DNA of 64,000 bases from an uncultured Clostridiaceae bacterium (GTDB taxonomy: Bacteria; Bacillota; Clostridia; TANB77; CAG-465), in assembly GCA_947169155.1 (NCBI GenBank), contig CAMVON010000005.1:70949-134948 (forward strand), written 5' to 3'. Shown here piece after piece: positions 29,520 to 39,256 of this stretch; within the stretch, counting starts at the first letter, position 1, and each line of letters opens with the position of its first letter. The position numbers and the translations under genes were made by a program. A model generated the notes under the pieces. The model did no database searches, had not been told where the DNA came from, and saw only the letters and a program-made list of their open reading frames with translations.

Positions 29520-30305
29520 ATGATGAAAAGTTTTAGTAAAGTGATGAAAAATAGGTATAAAGAAGAAAAAAAGAGTGCAATAATAATTTATTTTGTATTA
29601 AGAATATTAGTAATAATATGTGCAATACTATCTATTGTTAATGGTAATTATAGACATACATTTATATGTATATTAGCATTAGTACTATTTACACTTCCAA
29701 CAGTTGCGCAGAAAACATTAAAGTTTGAACTTCCAAATACATTTGAAGCGATAGTATACTTTTTTATTTTTGCAGCAGAAATACTAGGAGATGTTAATAG
29801 ATTCTATGTTACTGTTCCACATTTTGATACCATACTTCATACAATGAATGGTTTTTTATGTGCAGCATTTGGTTTTGCATTACTAGATATTATAGATAGA
29901 AGAAGCAAAAAAATAGATGTTACACCACTATTTATTGCAATTGTAGCTTTTAGCTTTTCTATGACAATAGGAGTGCTTTGGGAATTTTTTGAATATGGTG
30001 GTGATCAGATATTTATTGCAGATATGCAAAAAGATACTATAGTTTCAAGTTTTTCTACATCTAAGTTAGATGACTCAAAAAGAGTATATGTTACAGATAT
30101 AGTTGAGACACAAATAAAAACTAAAAGTGGTCAGACATATGTTATTAAAGATGGATATCTAGATATAGGAATTAATGATACTATGAAAGACTTGCTTGTT
30201 AATATGGTTGGTGCAATAGTCTTTTGTATATTTGGAGTGATATATCTAAAAAATGAACGTGAGAATGCATTTGCTAATAAGTTTATACCTAAAAAGATTG
30301 ACTAA
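29520..30305 (+). CDS. Polytopic membrane protein of unknown function
   Basis: About 6 TM helices; no confident family assignment. Confidence 0.5.
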   Translation: MMKSFSKVMKNRYKEEKKSAIIIYFVLRILVIICAILSIVNGNYRHTFICILALVLFTLPTVAQKTLKFELPNTFEAIVYFFIFAAEILGDVNRFYVTVPHFDTILHTMNGFLCAAFGFALLDIIDRRSKKIDVTPLFIAIVAFSFSMTIGVLWEFFEYGGDQIFIADMQKDTIVSSFSTSKLDDSKRVYVTDIVETQIKTKSGQTYVIKDGYLDIGINDTMKDLLVNMVGAIVFCIFGVIYLKNERENAFANKFIPKKID

Positions 30306-30313
30306 ACTTAAAA

Positions 30314-30350
30314 GACAAGAGTGGTAAAATACGCTCTTGCTTTTTTGTTT
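30314..30350 (+). terminator. Rho-independent terminator (different stem: CAAGAGTG...CGCTCTTG)
   Basis: Hairpin plus T6GT6. Confidence 0.6.
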
Positions 30351-30400
30351 TTTATTTAAAAGTTATATGATATAATGTAATTAGTTTTGCAGGTGATAAT

Positions 30401-31072
30401 ATGAGTGTTAAATTATTTTTTCAAGCAATTATAAAATTTATACTTGGGGCAGTACTTGTTGGTGCATTATTATTTGTTTCTGCAGGTACAATTAAGTTTT
30501 TAAATGGATGGATTTTTATGGGTGTATTATTTATTCCAATGTTTATATTTGGACTATATCTTATGTTTAAAAATCCAGAACTTTTAAAGAGAAGACTAAA
30601 TGTTAAAGAAAAAGAAAGCGAGCAAAAATCTGTTATAGCTTTAAGTGGATTGATGTTTATTGCAGGATTTATTGTTGCTGGACTAAATTATAGATTTGGA
30701 TGGATAGAACTTTCAAATATTGTTACAATTATATCTTCTATAGTATTTGTTATTGCTTATGTTTTATATGCAGAAGTATTAAGAGAAAATGCATATTTAT
30801 TACGTACTATAGAAGTTGAAAAAGGGCAAAAAGTAGTGGATACCGGATTATATGGAATAGTTAGACATCCTATGTATAGTGTTACTATATTGTTGTTTTT
30901 ATCTATACCTTTAATACTTGGCTCTATAATTTCGTTTGTTATTTTCTTAATGTATCCATTTATTATAATTAAGAGAATAAAAAATGAAGAAAAAGTTCTC
31001 GAAAGAGATTTAGAAGGTTATATAGAATATGAAAAGAAAGTTAAATATAGATTAATACCATTTATTTGGTAG
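30401..31072 (+). CDS. Isoprenylcysteine carboxyl methyltransferase (ICMT)/phospholipid methyltransferase family membrane protein
   Basis: C-terminal GLYGIVRHPMYS motif; 5-6 TM helices. Confidence 0.7.
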   Translation: MSVKLFFQAIIKFILGAVLVGALLFVSAGTIKFLNGWIFMGVLFIPMFIFGLYLMFKNPELLKRRLNVKEKESEQKSVIALSGLMFIAGFIVAGLNYRFGWIELSNIVTIISSIVFVIAYVLYAEVLRENAYLLRTIEVEKGQKVVDTGLYGIVRHPMYSVTILLFLSIPLILGSIISFVIFLMYPFIIIKRIKNEEKVLERDLEGYIEYEKKVKYRLIPFIW

Positions 31073-31082
31073 GAGGAAATGT

Positions 31083-31502
31083 ATGTTATTAAATGAAGAA
31101 AGCTTATATATTTCAGGACTTACAAATATGGCATCAAGTGTTTCAAAAAGAATGGGACCCTCATATGTTCAGGCAGATTGTTTTGATGATAAAAACTATA
31201 TAAAAGATTTTTGTGAGTGTTATGAAATTGAAGAAAAAAATGTAGAGTTAGTGCAACAAAATACTTCATTTGAAGATTTGTTAGTAGATTTATTTGGTGA
31301 TGATGTAGATAAATTAATTGAAGGATTAGCTCATTGGATAAATATGAGAGCAGGAGACCCAAGAAGAGTACTTTCAGTAGAGGATAGAAAACTATTAGAT
31401 ATTTTAAGTGAAGGATATGGACCTTTTTATTATGTTGAAGATATCTATTTTATAGAATTTGAAAAAATGGTTGTTTGTCTTATGATTGGAAATGACGAGT
31501 AA
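31083..31502 (+). CDS. Small acidic hypothetical protein
   Basis: ORF only. Confidence 0.45.
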   Translation: MLLNEESLYISGLTNMASSVSKRMGPSYVQADCFDDKNYIKDFCECYEIEEKNVELVQQNTSFEDLLVDLFGDDVDKLIEGLAHWINMRAGDPRRVLSVEDRKLLDILSEGYGPFYYVEDIYFIEFEKMVVCLMIGNDE

Positions 31503-31530
31503 AAAAAAGGGCAAATTTTACAAAAATAAC

Positions 31531-31568
31531 TTGTAAATATTTACAAAAATATTTTATCTTGTTATAAT
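31531..31568 (+). promoter_or_regulatory. gap promoter (-35 TTTACA, 17-nt spacer, -10 TATAAT) with a perfect 16-bp palindrome TTGTAAATATTTACAA overlapping the -35
   Basis: Palindrome at 31531-31546; -35 at 31540-31545; TATAAT at 31563-31568. Confidence 0.55.
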
Positions 31569-31727
31569 GTAAGATTGCCCATTTTTTGTCTTTTAAAAAA
31601 TCTTAAAAAAGTGCGAAAAATTAACGTTTTTACTATTGAAAACAAATTGAAATTGGTATAAAATGTGTGTTGGAGAACAATATAAATAATCGAGTTCTCG
31701 GTTAGACTTTAAAAGGAGGAGTATATT

Positions 31728-32744
31728 ATGTCAGTAAGAGTCGCAATTAATGGTTTTGGCCGTATAGGTCGTTTAGCGTTCAGACAAATGTTTGGAGCAG
31801 AAGGGTATGAAATTGTTGCTATCAACGACTTAACAAGTCCAGCAATGCTAGCACATCTTTTAAAATATGACTCATGTCAAAAAAGATATGAAAAAGCAGA
31901 TACAGTTGTAGCTGGAGAAGATTCAATTACAGTTGATGGAAAAACAATCAAAATTTATGCAGAAAAAGATGCAAAAGATTTACCTTGGGGTGAATTAGAT
32001 GTAGATGTTGTACTAGAATGTACAGGATTCTATACATCAAAAGAAAAAGCTCAAGCTCACATTGATGCAGGAGCTAAAAAAGTAGTTATTTCTGCACCAG
32101 CAGGAAACGATCTACCAACAGTAGTATTTGGAGTTAACGAAAATATCTTAACTAAAGAAGATACAATTATTTCTGCAGCTTCTTGTACTACAAACTGCTT
32201 AGCACCAATGGCTAAAGCATTAAATGACTATGCACCAATTCAATCAGGAATAATGTCAACAATCCATGCTTATACTGGAGATCAAATGCTTCTAGATGGA
32301 CCACACAGAAAAGGTGATTTAAGAAGAGCTAGAGCTGCAGCTTGCAATATTGTACCTAACTCAACAGGTGCTGCAAAAGCAATTGGACTAGTTATTCCAG
32401 AATTAAACGGAAAACTAATAGGTTCAGCACAAAGAGTTCCAGTTCCAACAGGATCTTCTACAATTTTAGTTGCTGTTGTTAAAGGTGAAGATATAACTAA
32501 AGAATCAATTAACGAAGTTATGAAAAACGCTGCTAATGCTTCTTATGGTTATACAGAAGAACCACTAGTATCTTCAGATATTATTGGTATCACTTATGGA
32601 TCATTATTTGATGCTACACAAACAATGGTAACAAAAGTTGATGAAGGATTATATCAAGTACAAGTCGTAGCTTGGTATGATAACGAAAACTCTTACACAA
32701 GTCAAATGGTAAGAACTATAAAATATTTTGCAGAATTAGACTAA
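31728..32744 (+). CDS. gap: Glyceraldehyde-3-phosphate dehydrogenase
   Basis: NGFGRIGR N-terminus and active site [10 protein letters not shown]; 338 aa. Confidence 0.95.
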   Translation: MSVRVAINGFGRIGRLAFRQMFGAEGYEIVAINDLTSPAMLAHLLKYDSCQKRYEKADTVVAGEDSITVDGKTIKIYAEKDAKDLPWGELDVDVVLECTGFYTSKEKAQAHIDAGAKKVVISAPAGNDLPTVVFGVNENILTKEDTIISAASCTTNCLAPMAKALNDYAPIQSGIMSTIHAYTGDQMLLDGPHRKGDLRRARAAACNIVPNSTGAAKAIGLVIPELNGKLIGSAQRVPVPTGSSTILVAVVKGEDITKESINEVMKNAANASYGYTEEPLVSSDIIGITYGSLFDATQTMVTKVDEGLYQVQVVAWYDNENSYTSQMVRTIKYFAELD

Positions 32745-32773
32745 TTCTAGTGAAAAGATTATAGTGTTATATA

Positions 32774-32812
32774 AGAGCAGGTAATTGAAAAATTACTTGC
32801 TTTTATTATGCT
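32774..32812 (+). repeat. Conserved-stem terminator hairpin, copy 6 (AGCAGGTAATT-GAAAA-AATTACTTGCT then TTTTATTATGC)
   Basis: Read directly. Confidence 0.7.
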
Positions 32813-32881
32813 TACAATAATTTACATTTTTTTTTATTTATGATATATTTTTAATGAAATAATTTATTTTAAGGTGAATAT

Positions 32882-35095
32882 ATGAAAAAAGAAAAAGAAT
32901 ATTTTTTAGGATTAGATATTATTAGAATTATATCTTGTGCTTTGGTACTGTTATATCACTTAAATATTGTTAAAGGTGGATTTTTAGCAGTTTGTACATT
33001 TTTTACTATGACTGGATATTTAGGGTGTGTTTCTGCTTTAAAACAAGAAAATTTTTCTATAGGGAAGTATTATTTAAATAGACTTAAAAAGATATATTTG
33101 CCACTGATTGTAGTTGTGGCATTAACAGTAATTTGCGTTAAACTTGCACCAAGTATTAATTGGGTTAATTTGAAACCTGAAACAACATCTGTGCTTTTGG
33201 GTTATAATAATTTTTGGCAGTTAAGTGCAAATTTAGATTATTTTACAAGACATGTTAATTCGCCATTTATGCATTTATGGTATATAGCAATTTTAATGCA
33301 ATTTGAACTTGTGTTTCCAATAGTATTTTGGATATTTAAGAAGATAAGAGAAAAGATAAAAATAGATGTAGGCTTGGTTGTAACATTACTACTTACAATC
33401 GGCTCAACTGTACTAATTTTCTGGATGAGCAAAACACAAGATATTATGCTTGTGTATTATAATACCTTTGCAAGATGCTTTTCTATACTATTTGGTGTTC
33501 TTCTTGCACTTATTCATACTAAATATAATGTTAAACTTGCAAAAGCATTTAAAAAGATTGGTGGATTAGTATTTTTAATTTATGCAATTGCTTTGATAGT
33601 ATTATCTGTTGTAATAACTTCAGAAAATGCACATTATGCACTATTTATGCTAATTGCAACATTAATTAGTACAAGACTTATTGAGTATTCTACATTAAAT
33701 AGTTCAAATAAAGAAGATACTAGAAAATTTGTAGATGTTCTTTCTAGAATATCATATGAGGTGTATTTAGTACAATATCCAGTTATTTTCTTTATGCAAC
33801 TATTAAGTGTTGATGATATTGTTAAAAATATAATAGTAATAATTGCAACTTTAATAATTGCATATATATTAAATAAAATATTAAGTATATCTTCTAAAAA
33901 GGATAGTGTATTTTTAAATTGGGTTAAATATATACTTCTTGGTGGAGTTATAATTGCAGGTGGTGTATTATTTGTTCTAACTAAAGATAATACTGCAGAA
34001 ATGAAAGAACTAGAAGATAAACTTAATGGTAATTTAAAAGATATAGAAGCTAGAAATGCAGATTATCTAAAAAAATTAAATGAAGAACAAGATGCATGGA
34101 ATGAGTTGCTTGGAAATATGGAAATGGAAGAGGAAGAAATTGCAAATATAGTTACAAATCTTCCAATTGTTGGAGTTGGAGACTCTGTAATGCTTGGTAC
34201 TGCGGACGAGCTATATGCAACTTTTCCTAATGGTTATTTTGATGGTAAAGTATCACGTAGTATAGTTGGTGGAAGAGATGTATTAAGTAATTTAATTAGC
34301 GAAGGAAAACTTGGAAATACAGTAGTGCTTGCACTTGCAAATAACGGAGATTATTCTAATTACCAAAATGATTTATTAATGGAACTGCTTGGAGATAGAG
34401 AAATATTCTGGATAGATGCGGTAAATGCAGATGATCCTAAGTTTAATGTTCAATTTGAAGAATACGCAAAAGGTTATGATAATCTTCACATTGTTCATTG
34501 GGAACAAGCATCATTAGGACATGATGATTATTTCTATGCAGACGGTGTTCATTTAAAAGGTGATGGACCAGCAGCATATGCTAAGACAGTATATGATGCA
34601 ATATATAATGTGTATTTAGAAGAGTATAATAAGAAGAAAAATGAATTAATACAAAACCATGAAAATGAGTTAAAAACTAAGATTGCTTTTTATGGAAATG
34701 ATGTATTAACAACTTCATTTAGTTTTATAAATGATAAATTTGAAAATGCTATATTTAATGTTAAATCTAGTTATAGTTTTGATGATTTATATAGCGAATT
34801 AGAAGAGAAAATAGCTAATAATTCACTGCAATATAGACTAGTATTTCTGTTTGATAAAAAAGCAAATATTTCTAGTGGAGATTATAAAAAGATAGCTGAG
34901 CTTTGCAAAGATTATAAAATATATATTTGCAATACAACTTCAAATAACATTAGCGTTAATTTAGATAATGTTACAATATTAGATTTTTATGATGATATTA
35001 AAAATAATGAAAACTACTTAATGGTAGACAGAGTACATTTGTCTGATGTTGGAAATGAAGCATTAGCTCAAATGTTATTTGAAAATATAGAATAA
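32882..35095 (+). CDS. OatA-like O-acetyltransferase: acyltransferase-3 membrane domain fused to a C-terminal SGNH hydrolase domain
   Basis: N-terminal 10-TM acyltransferase_3 region. The C-terminal region contains GDSVMLG (SGNH block I); 737 aa. Confidence 0.75.
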   Translation: MKKEKEYFLGLDIIRIISCALVLLYHLNIVKGGFLAVCTFFTMTGYLGCVSALKQENFSIGKYYLNRLKKIYLPLIVVVALTVICVKLAPSINWVNLKPETTSVLLGYNNFWQLSANLDYFTRHVNSPFMHLWYIAILMQFELVFPIVFWIFKKIREKIKIDVGLVVTLLLTIGSTVLIFWMSKTQDIMLVYYNTFARCFSILFGVLLALIHTKYNVKLAKAFKKIGGLVFLIYAIALIVLSVVITSENAHYALFMLIATLISTRLIEYSTLNSSNKEDTRKFVDVLSRISYEVYLVQYPVIFFMQLLSVDDIVKNIIVIIATLIIAYILNKILSISSKKDSVFLNWVKYILLGGVIIAGGVLFVLTKDNTAEMKELEDKLNGNLKDIEARNADYLKKLNEEQDAWNELLGNMEMEEEEIANIVTNLPIVGVGDSVMLGTADELYATFPNGYFDGKVSRSIVGGRDVLSNLISEGKLGNTVVLALANNGDYSNYQNDLLMELLGDREIFWIDAVNADDPKFNVQFEEYAKGYDNLHIVHWEQASLGHDDYFYADGVHLKGDGPAAYAKTVYDAIYNVYLEEYNKKKNELIQNHENELKTKIAFYGNDVLTTSFSFINDKFENAIFNVKSSYSFDDLYSELEEKIANNSLQYRLVFLFDKKANISSGDYKKIAELCKDYKIYICNTTSNNISVNLDNVTILDFYDDIKNNENYLMVDRVHLSDVGNEALAQMLFENIE

Positions 35096-35105
35096 AAATG
35101 AAAGG

Positions 35106-35765
35106 ATGAAAATGAAGGATAAGTTAGTAGGGTTAAAGAATTTTTTATTAAATAATTATAAATTATTGATTATGTTTGTTTGTATAATAATTCTATTGTT
35201 TTTAATAGAAGATATTATGGATAAAGATATAATGACTTTTGATGAAACTGGATATAGTATAGTTTCTAAGTATTTAATAACTGATACTTTGACTCCTATT
35301 GCAAAAATTATTACTTTTTTTGGTAGTGCTTATTGGTTAATTGGTTTATCCATATTTTTATTATTAATTGTTAAAAATAAGAAAATTGGAATAAGTATTA
35401 GTATTAATTTAGGACTTGCAGCACTTACTAATTTTTTACTTAAACAAATACTTCAACGTCCAAGACCTATTGGACATAGAATAATAGACGAAAGCGGTTA
35501 TAGCTTGCCTTCAGGACATTCAATGGTTAGTATGGCTTTTTATGGCTTTCTTATATATTTAGTGTATAAAAGAATAGAGAATAAACATTTGAAAAGCTTT
35601 TTAATTGCACTATTACTTGTGTTAATTATTAATATTGGTATAAGTAGAATATATCTTGGAGTACATTATACAAGTGATGTTATAGCTGGCTTTTTGGTGG
35701 CAATTTCTTATTTAATAATTTATGCTAATACAATAAAAAGTTTAATTTTAGAAGATAAAAAATAA
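35106..35765 (+). CDS. PAP2 family phosphatase (undecaprenyl-diphosphate phosphatase BcrC-like)
   Basis: KX6RP (KQILQRPRP), PSGHS and SRX5HX3D (SRIYLGVHYTSD) motifs. Confidence 0.8.
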   Translation: MKMKDKLVGLKNFLLNNYKLLIMFVCIIILLFLIEDIMDKDIMTFDETGYSIVSKYLITDTLTPIAKIITFFGSAYWLIGLSIFLLLIVKNKKIGISISINLGLAALTNFLLKQILQRPRPIGHRIIDESGYSLPSGHSMVSMAFYGFLIYLVYKRIENKHLKSFLIALLLVLIINIGISRIYLGVHYTSDVIAGFLVAISYLIIYANTIKSLILEDKK

Positions 35766-35768
35766 TTA

Positions 35769-35808
35769 TAAGCAAGTGATTGAAAAGTCACTTGCTTTTA
35801 TGATACAA
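35769..35808 (+). repeat. Conserved-stem terminator hairpin, copy 7 (AGCAAGTGA-TTGAAAAG-TCACTTGCT then TTTTATGATACAAT)
   Basis: Read directly; the tail TGATACAAT could double as an extended -10 for the next gene. Confidence 0.7.
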
Positions 35809-35834
35809 TGCAATTATATTTAAGGAGAAAAAAT

Positions 35835-36137
35835 ATGAAGATTATAACAGTATGTGGAAGTTATAAATATAATAAAGAAATAAAAGAAGTAGCAGAAAAA
35901 TTAGCACTAGAAGGAAATTGTGTTATTACTCCTATAGATATAACTCGTCCAAAGGATGAATATTCTAAAGAAGAGCTTTTACAACTTGGAAAAATGCATA
36001 AAGAAAAAATTAAAATCTCAGATGCAATATATGTTGTAAATGTTAATGGATATGTTGGAGATAATACACAAAGTGAAATAGATTTAGCTCAAAAGTTAGG
36101 AAAAGAAATAATGTATTATACTGATGTTGTAAAATAG
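35835..36137 (+). CDS. Small Rossmann-like protein, paralog of 8335..8718
   Basis: RBS AAGGAG; shares an N-terminal block with the ORF at 8335. Confidence 0.45.
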   Translation: MKIITVCGSYKYNKEIKEVAEKLALEGNCVITPIDITRPKDEYSKEELLQLGKMHKEKIKISDAIYVVNVNGYVGDNTQSEIDLAQKLGKEIMYYTDVVK

Positions 36138-36148
36138 AGGTGATTTTT

Positions 36149-36730
36149 ATGATTGGCTTTGTTATGCATTTTATTGATGTTGTTTTAGCTACTATATTGC
36201 TATTAATTAGTTCTTTTTTTTCACAAGTTGAAATAAATGAAGATATATTAAAATATAACCAATATATTGGACAAGAAGCTATAGAACCATATATAGTTAA
36301 AAGCAGTATGGATGAGACAATATTTCCTGAAAAAATAACAGAAAATATGGATGTTGAAGATTATAAAATGGTATATTATAATCCTTGGGATGCACAATAC
36401 TTATCTTATCTTGTTGTAAATTATGATGAATCAGATTATGAAGCAGAAGTTAGTAGACTTAAATCATATAATTCAACAGAATATATTGGATATTATGGAG
36501 TTACTGGATTTAGTAAGTATGAACTTTTAGCAATGTCTGCAAACGACTATAATGGCTTTATTTATGCTTTGACTGATGGAAAAGGAAAAATAATATATGT
36601 AGAACTAATCTTTTGTAACCATTATTATGATTTAGATTATTCTAAATATATTAATGCAGATTATTTACCAGATGGATTTGATGCGACAGTAGACAATGCT
36701 TATAGAAAAGAGAAATTAGGGGAGGACTAA
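36149..36730 (+). CDS. Hypothetical membrane-anchored protein, paralog of 13420..14061
   Basis: Shared YLSYLVVNYDESDYEAEVSRLK and DYLPDGFD blocks. Confidence 0.5.
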   Translation: MIGFVMHFIDVVLATILLLISSFFSQVEINEDILKYNQYIGQEAIEPYIVKSSMDETIFPEKITENMDVEDYKMVYYNPWDAQYLSYLVVNYDESDYEAEVSRLKSYNSTEYIGYYGVTGFSKYELLAMSANDYNGFIYALTDGKGKIIYVELIFCNHYYDLDYSKYINADYLPDGFDATVDNAYRKEKLGED

Positions 36731-36732
36731 TT

Positions 36733-37284
36733 ATGGTGATTGAAGGAGATAGAATAATACTTAGAAGTTGGCAAGAAGATGATATAGATGCTATAATTGA
36801 CGGACTAAACAATATAGAAGTATCAAAGTGGCTTTCAACTGTTCCATATCCTTATGATAAAGAAGAAGCAAAGAAGTTTTTATCTTTTTGCAAAGAAGCA
36901 GATAAAGGCACAACAGATATAATGCTTGCCATTGTATTAAAAGAAACAAATGAAGTAATAGGCGGACTATCAATTCAAAGAATAAATAGAAGAAATGGAA
37001 CTGCAGGTGGAGGTATTTGGTTAAATGCAAAATATCAAAAAAATGGATATGGGACAGAAGCTTTTTCTCTTCGTGCTAAATTCTGTTTTGATGTATTAGG
37101 ACTTAGAAGACTAGAAAATGGATATATAGTTGGTAATGAAAAGTCTGCTAAAATGCAAGAAAAAATTGGATATAAATATGAGGGATTAAAAAGAAAACAA
37201 ATTCTTTGTATGGCTACAGGCGAAATTGTAGATGAATGTATTACTGGACTTTTAAAAGAGGAGTTTGTAGAATATAATGGTTAG
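36733..37284 (+). CDS. GNAT family N-acetyltransferase (RimJ/RimL-like)
   Basis: Protein N-acetyltransferase-like layout; QKNGYGTEAF motif. Confidence 0.65.
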   Translation: MVIEGDRIILRSWQEDDIDAIIDGLNNIEVSKWLSTVPYPYDKEEAKKFLSFCKEADKGTTDIMLAIVLKETNEVIGGLSIQRINRRNGTAGGGIWLNAKYQKNGYGTEAFSLRAKFCFDVLGLRRLENGYIVGNEKSAKMQEKIGYKYEGLKRKQILCMATGEIVDECITGLLKEEFVEYNG

Positions 37285-37756
37285 TTTAATTGTTGCTAAA
37301 TCTAGAAACAATGCTATTGGAAAAAATGAAAAAATTCCATGGAATATTAAGGAGGATTTATTATATTTTAGAAAGTTAACACTAAATAGTGCAGTTATAA
37401 TGGGTAGAAAGACTTATGAAAGCATAGGGCATCCATTAGATAATAGAGTTAATATTGTTATTTCTAATACGAAAAAATATAAAGGAGATAACCTTTATAC
37501 TTTTTATTCTTTAAAAGATGCTATAAATTTTGCTAATGGCCTTAATAAAGAGATTTATATTATAGGTGGAGAAAGACTTTATAAAGAGGCAATTGAGCTT
37601 GTAGATAAGATGTATATTACAGAAGTATTTATAGATGTTAGAGATGCTGATGCATTCTTTCCTAAAGTAGATGACTCTCTTTTTGATATTTCTTATGGAA
37701 AAATTATGGAAAATGGTATAAAATATAGACAAGATATTTATATTAGGAGGAGATAA
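37277..37756 (+). CDS. folA: Dihydrofolate reductase
   Basis: MVSLIVAKSRNNAIGKNEKIPWNIKEDLLYFRKLT...IMGRKTYESIG; 159 aa; 8-nt overlap with the upstream GNAT gene. Confidence 0.85.
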   Translation: MVSLIVAKSRNNAIGKNEKIPWNIKEDLLYFRKLTLNSAVIMGRKTYESIGHPLDNRVNIVISNTKKYKGDNLYTFYSLKDAINFANGLNKEIYIIGGERLYKEAIELVDKMYITEVFIDVRDADAFFPKVDDSLFDISYGKIMENGIKYRQDIYIRRR

Positions 37757-37757
37757 T

Positions 37758-38225
37758 ATGAGTAAAGTATTAGTAGCATATTTTAGTGCAAGTGGCGTAA
37801 CAGAAAATGTAGCTTTAAAAGTTGCAAGAGCAGTTGATGGAGATTTATTTGAGATTGAACCTGTTATTAAATATACAGCTCAAGACTTAGATTGGAGAGA
37901 TAAATCTAGTAGATCTAGTGTTGAAATGCAAGATAAAAAATCTAGACCAGAAATAACTCATACTGCAGATTTAACTGATTATGATATTGTATTAATTGGT
38001 TTTCCAGTCTGGTGGTATACAGCTCCAACAATTATTAATACATTTATTGAAAGCACAGATTTTTCTGGAAAAACTTTAATTCCATTTTGCACATCTGGAA
38101 GTACTGGTATTTCAGGATGCGAAAAAGATTTAAAAAATATGTATCCTCAATACAATTGGAAACCAGGAAAAAGACTTACTGGTGGAGAAAGTGCTGACGA
38201 TTATATAGACTGGATTTTAAGGTAA
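37758..38225 (+). CDS. Flavodoxin-like protein
   Basis: N-terminus KVLVAYFSASGVTE (flavodoxin FMN-loop-like); 155 aa. Confidence 0.6.
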   Translation: MSKVLVAYFSASGVTENVALKVARAVDGDLFEIEPVIKYTAQDLDWRDKSSRSSVEMQDKKSRPEITHTADLTDYDIVLIGFPVWWYTAPTIINTFIESTDFSGKTLIPFCTSGSTGISGCEKDLKNMYPQYNWKPGKRLTGGESADDYIDWILR

Positions 38226-38257
38226 TTTGATACATTAATAGATAAAATAAATACAAT

Positions 38258-38292
38258 AAACAAGCAGCTTGTAACTGTTTGTTTATTTTTTT
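38258..38292 (+). terminator. Rho-independent terminator
   Basis: AAACAAGCAG-CTTGTAA-CTGTTTGTTT plus T8. Confidence 0.65.
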
Positions 38293-38470
38293 GTTATCTT
38301 TTTGTAATGCTTTTAGATTTTTAAATAGTACACAAAAATGATTATATTGAAGAATTATAGCTGTTATTATATACTTTAAATGAGGAAATATGTAGTTTTT
38401 AGCTATGTATTGCTTTTAAAAATAAAAGGGTAAATGTATGAAAATGAAAGTTTTTTCTTAGAGGTGAAAT

Positions 38471-39226
38471 ATGGGAATACAAGAAGAGGAAAATTACAAA
38501 ATACTTAGTTTTGAGACAAATGTTAAGTTGCTTACAGATGATTCAATAGACAATATTGTTAAATTTGAGCCTAGCATTGTTACAAATACACAAAATATTG
38601 GATTTAAAGATAAAAGTTATGCATTCTTTAAAAGAGCTTTTGATATTGTGGTTTCTGGTACAGCAATTGTATTATTAAGTCCTGTGTTTCTTGCCACTAC
38701 AATAGCAATTAGAAGCCAAGATAAAGGACCAGCATTCTTTATCCAACAGCGTATTGGAAAAAATGGAAAAGTATTTAATTTATATAAATTTAGATCAATG
38801 AAAGAAAATGCAGATAAAATTCTTTTTGAAATGCTTAAAAATGATGAAGAACTTGCAAAAGAGTATGAAATGTATAAAAAAATAAAAGATGATCCTAGAA
38901 TAACTAGTGTAGGAAAATTTATACGTAGAACATCAATTGATGAATTACCACAACTTATAAATGTTTTTAAGGGTGAAATGTCACTTGTTGGTCCTAGACC
39001 ATATTTACTTCGAGAAAAAGCTTATATGGGGGAAGCATATAATACAATTATTGAGTCAAAACCTGGACTTACAGGACTTTGGCAAGTTAGTGGAAGAGCA
39101 AGAACTACCTTTGATGAAAGACTTGAATATGATAAAGAGTATGTTGAATCAAAAGGTGCTTTCTATGATATGGGAATATTATTTAAAACATTAGGTTCTG
39201 TTGTAAAGGGAGATGGAGCTGAATAA
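38471..39226 (+). CDS. Priming sugar-phosphate transferase (bacterial sugar transferase family, CpsE/WcaJ C-terminal-domain type)
   Basis: Single TM helix followed by the KFRSM, DELPQL and GPRP motifs of PF02397-type phosphoglycosyltransferases. Confidence 0.85.
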   Translation: MGIQEEENYKILSFETNVKLLTDDSIDNIVKFEPSIVTNTQNIGFKDKSYAFFKRAFDIVVSGTAIVLLSPVFLATTIAIRSQDKGPAFFIQQRIGKNGKVFNLYKFRSMKENADKILFEMLKNDEELAKEYEMYKKIKDDPRITSVGKFIRRTSIDELPQLINVFKGEMSLVGPRPYLLREKAYMGEAYNTIIESKPGLTGLWQVSGRARTTFDERLEYDKEYVESKGAFYDMGILFKTLGSVVKGDGAE

Positions 39227-39256
39227 ATATTATTTATTTGTACAAGGAGATAATTA

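Noticed and set aside
37277-37756. Dihydrofolate reductase as an acquired trimethoprim-resistance dfr gene
   Set aside because: There is no mobile-element context. It is overlapped and co-transcribed with neighbouring housekeeping-type genes and has the same composition as its surroundings, so it is most likely chromosomal folA.
38438-38461. Seven-codon uORF (MKMKVFS) in the leader of the polysaccharide locus, and a similar 8-codon TTG ORF near 29470
   Set aside because: They are too short and lack convincing RBS spacing or conservation evidence. They most likely arise by chance in AT-rich intergenic DNA.
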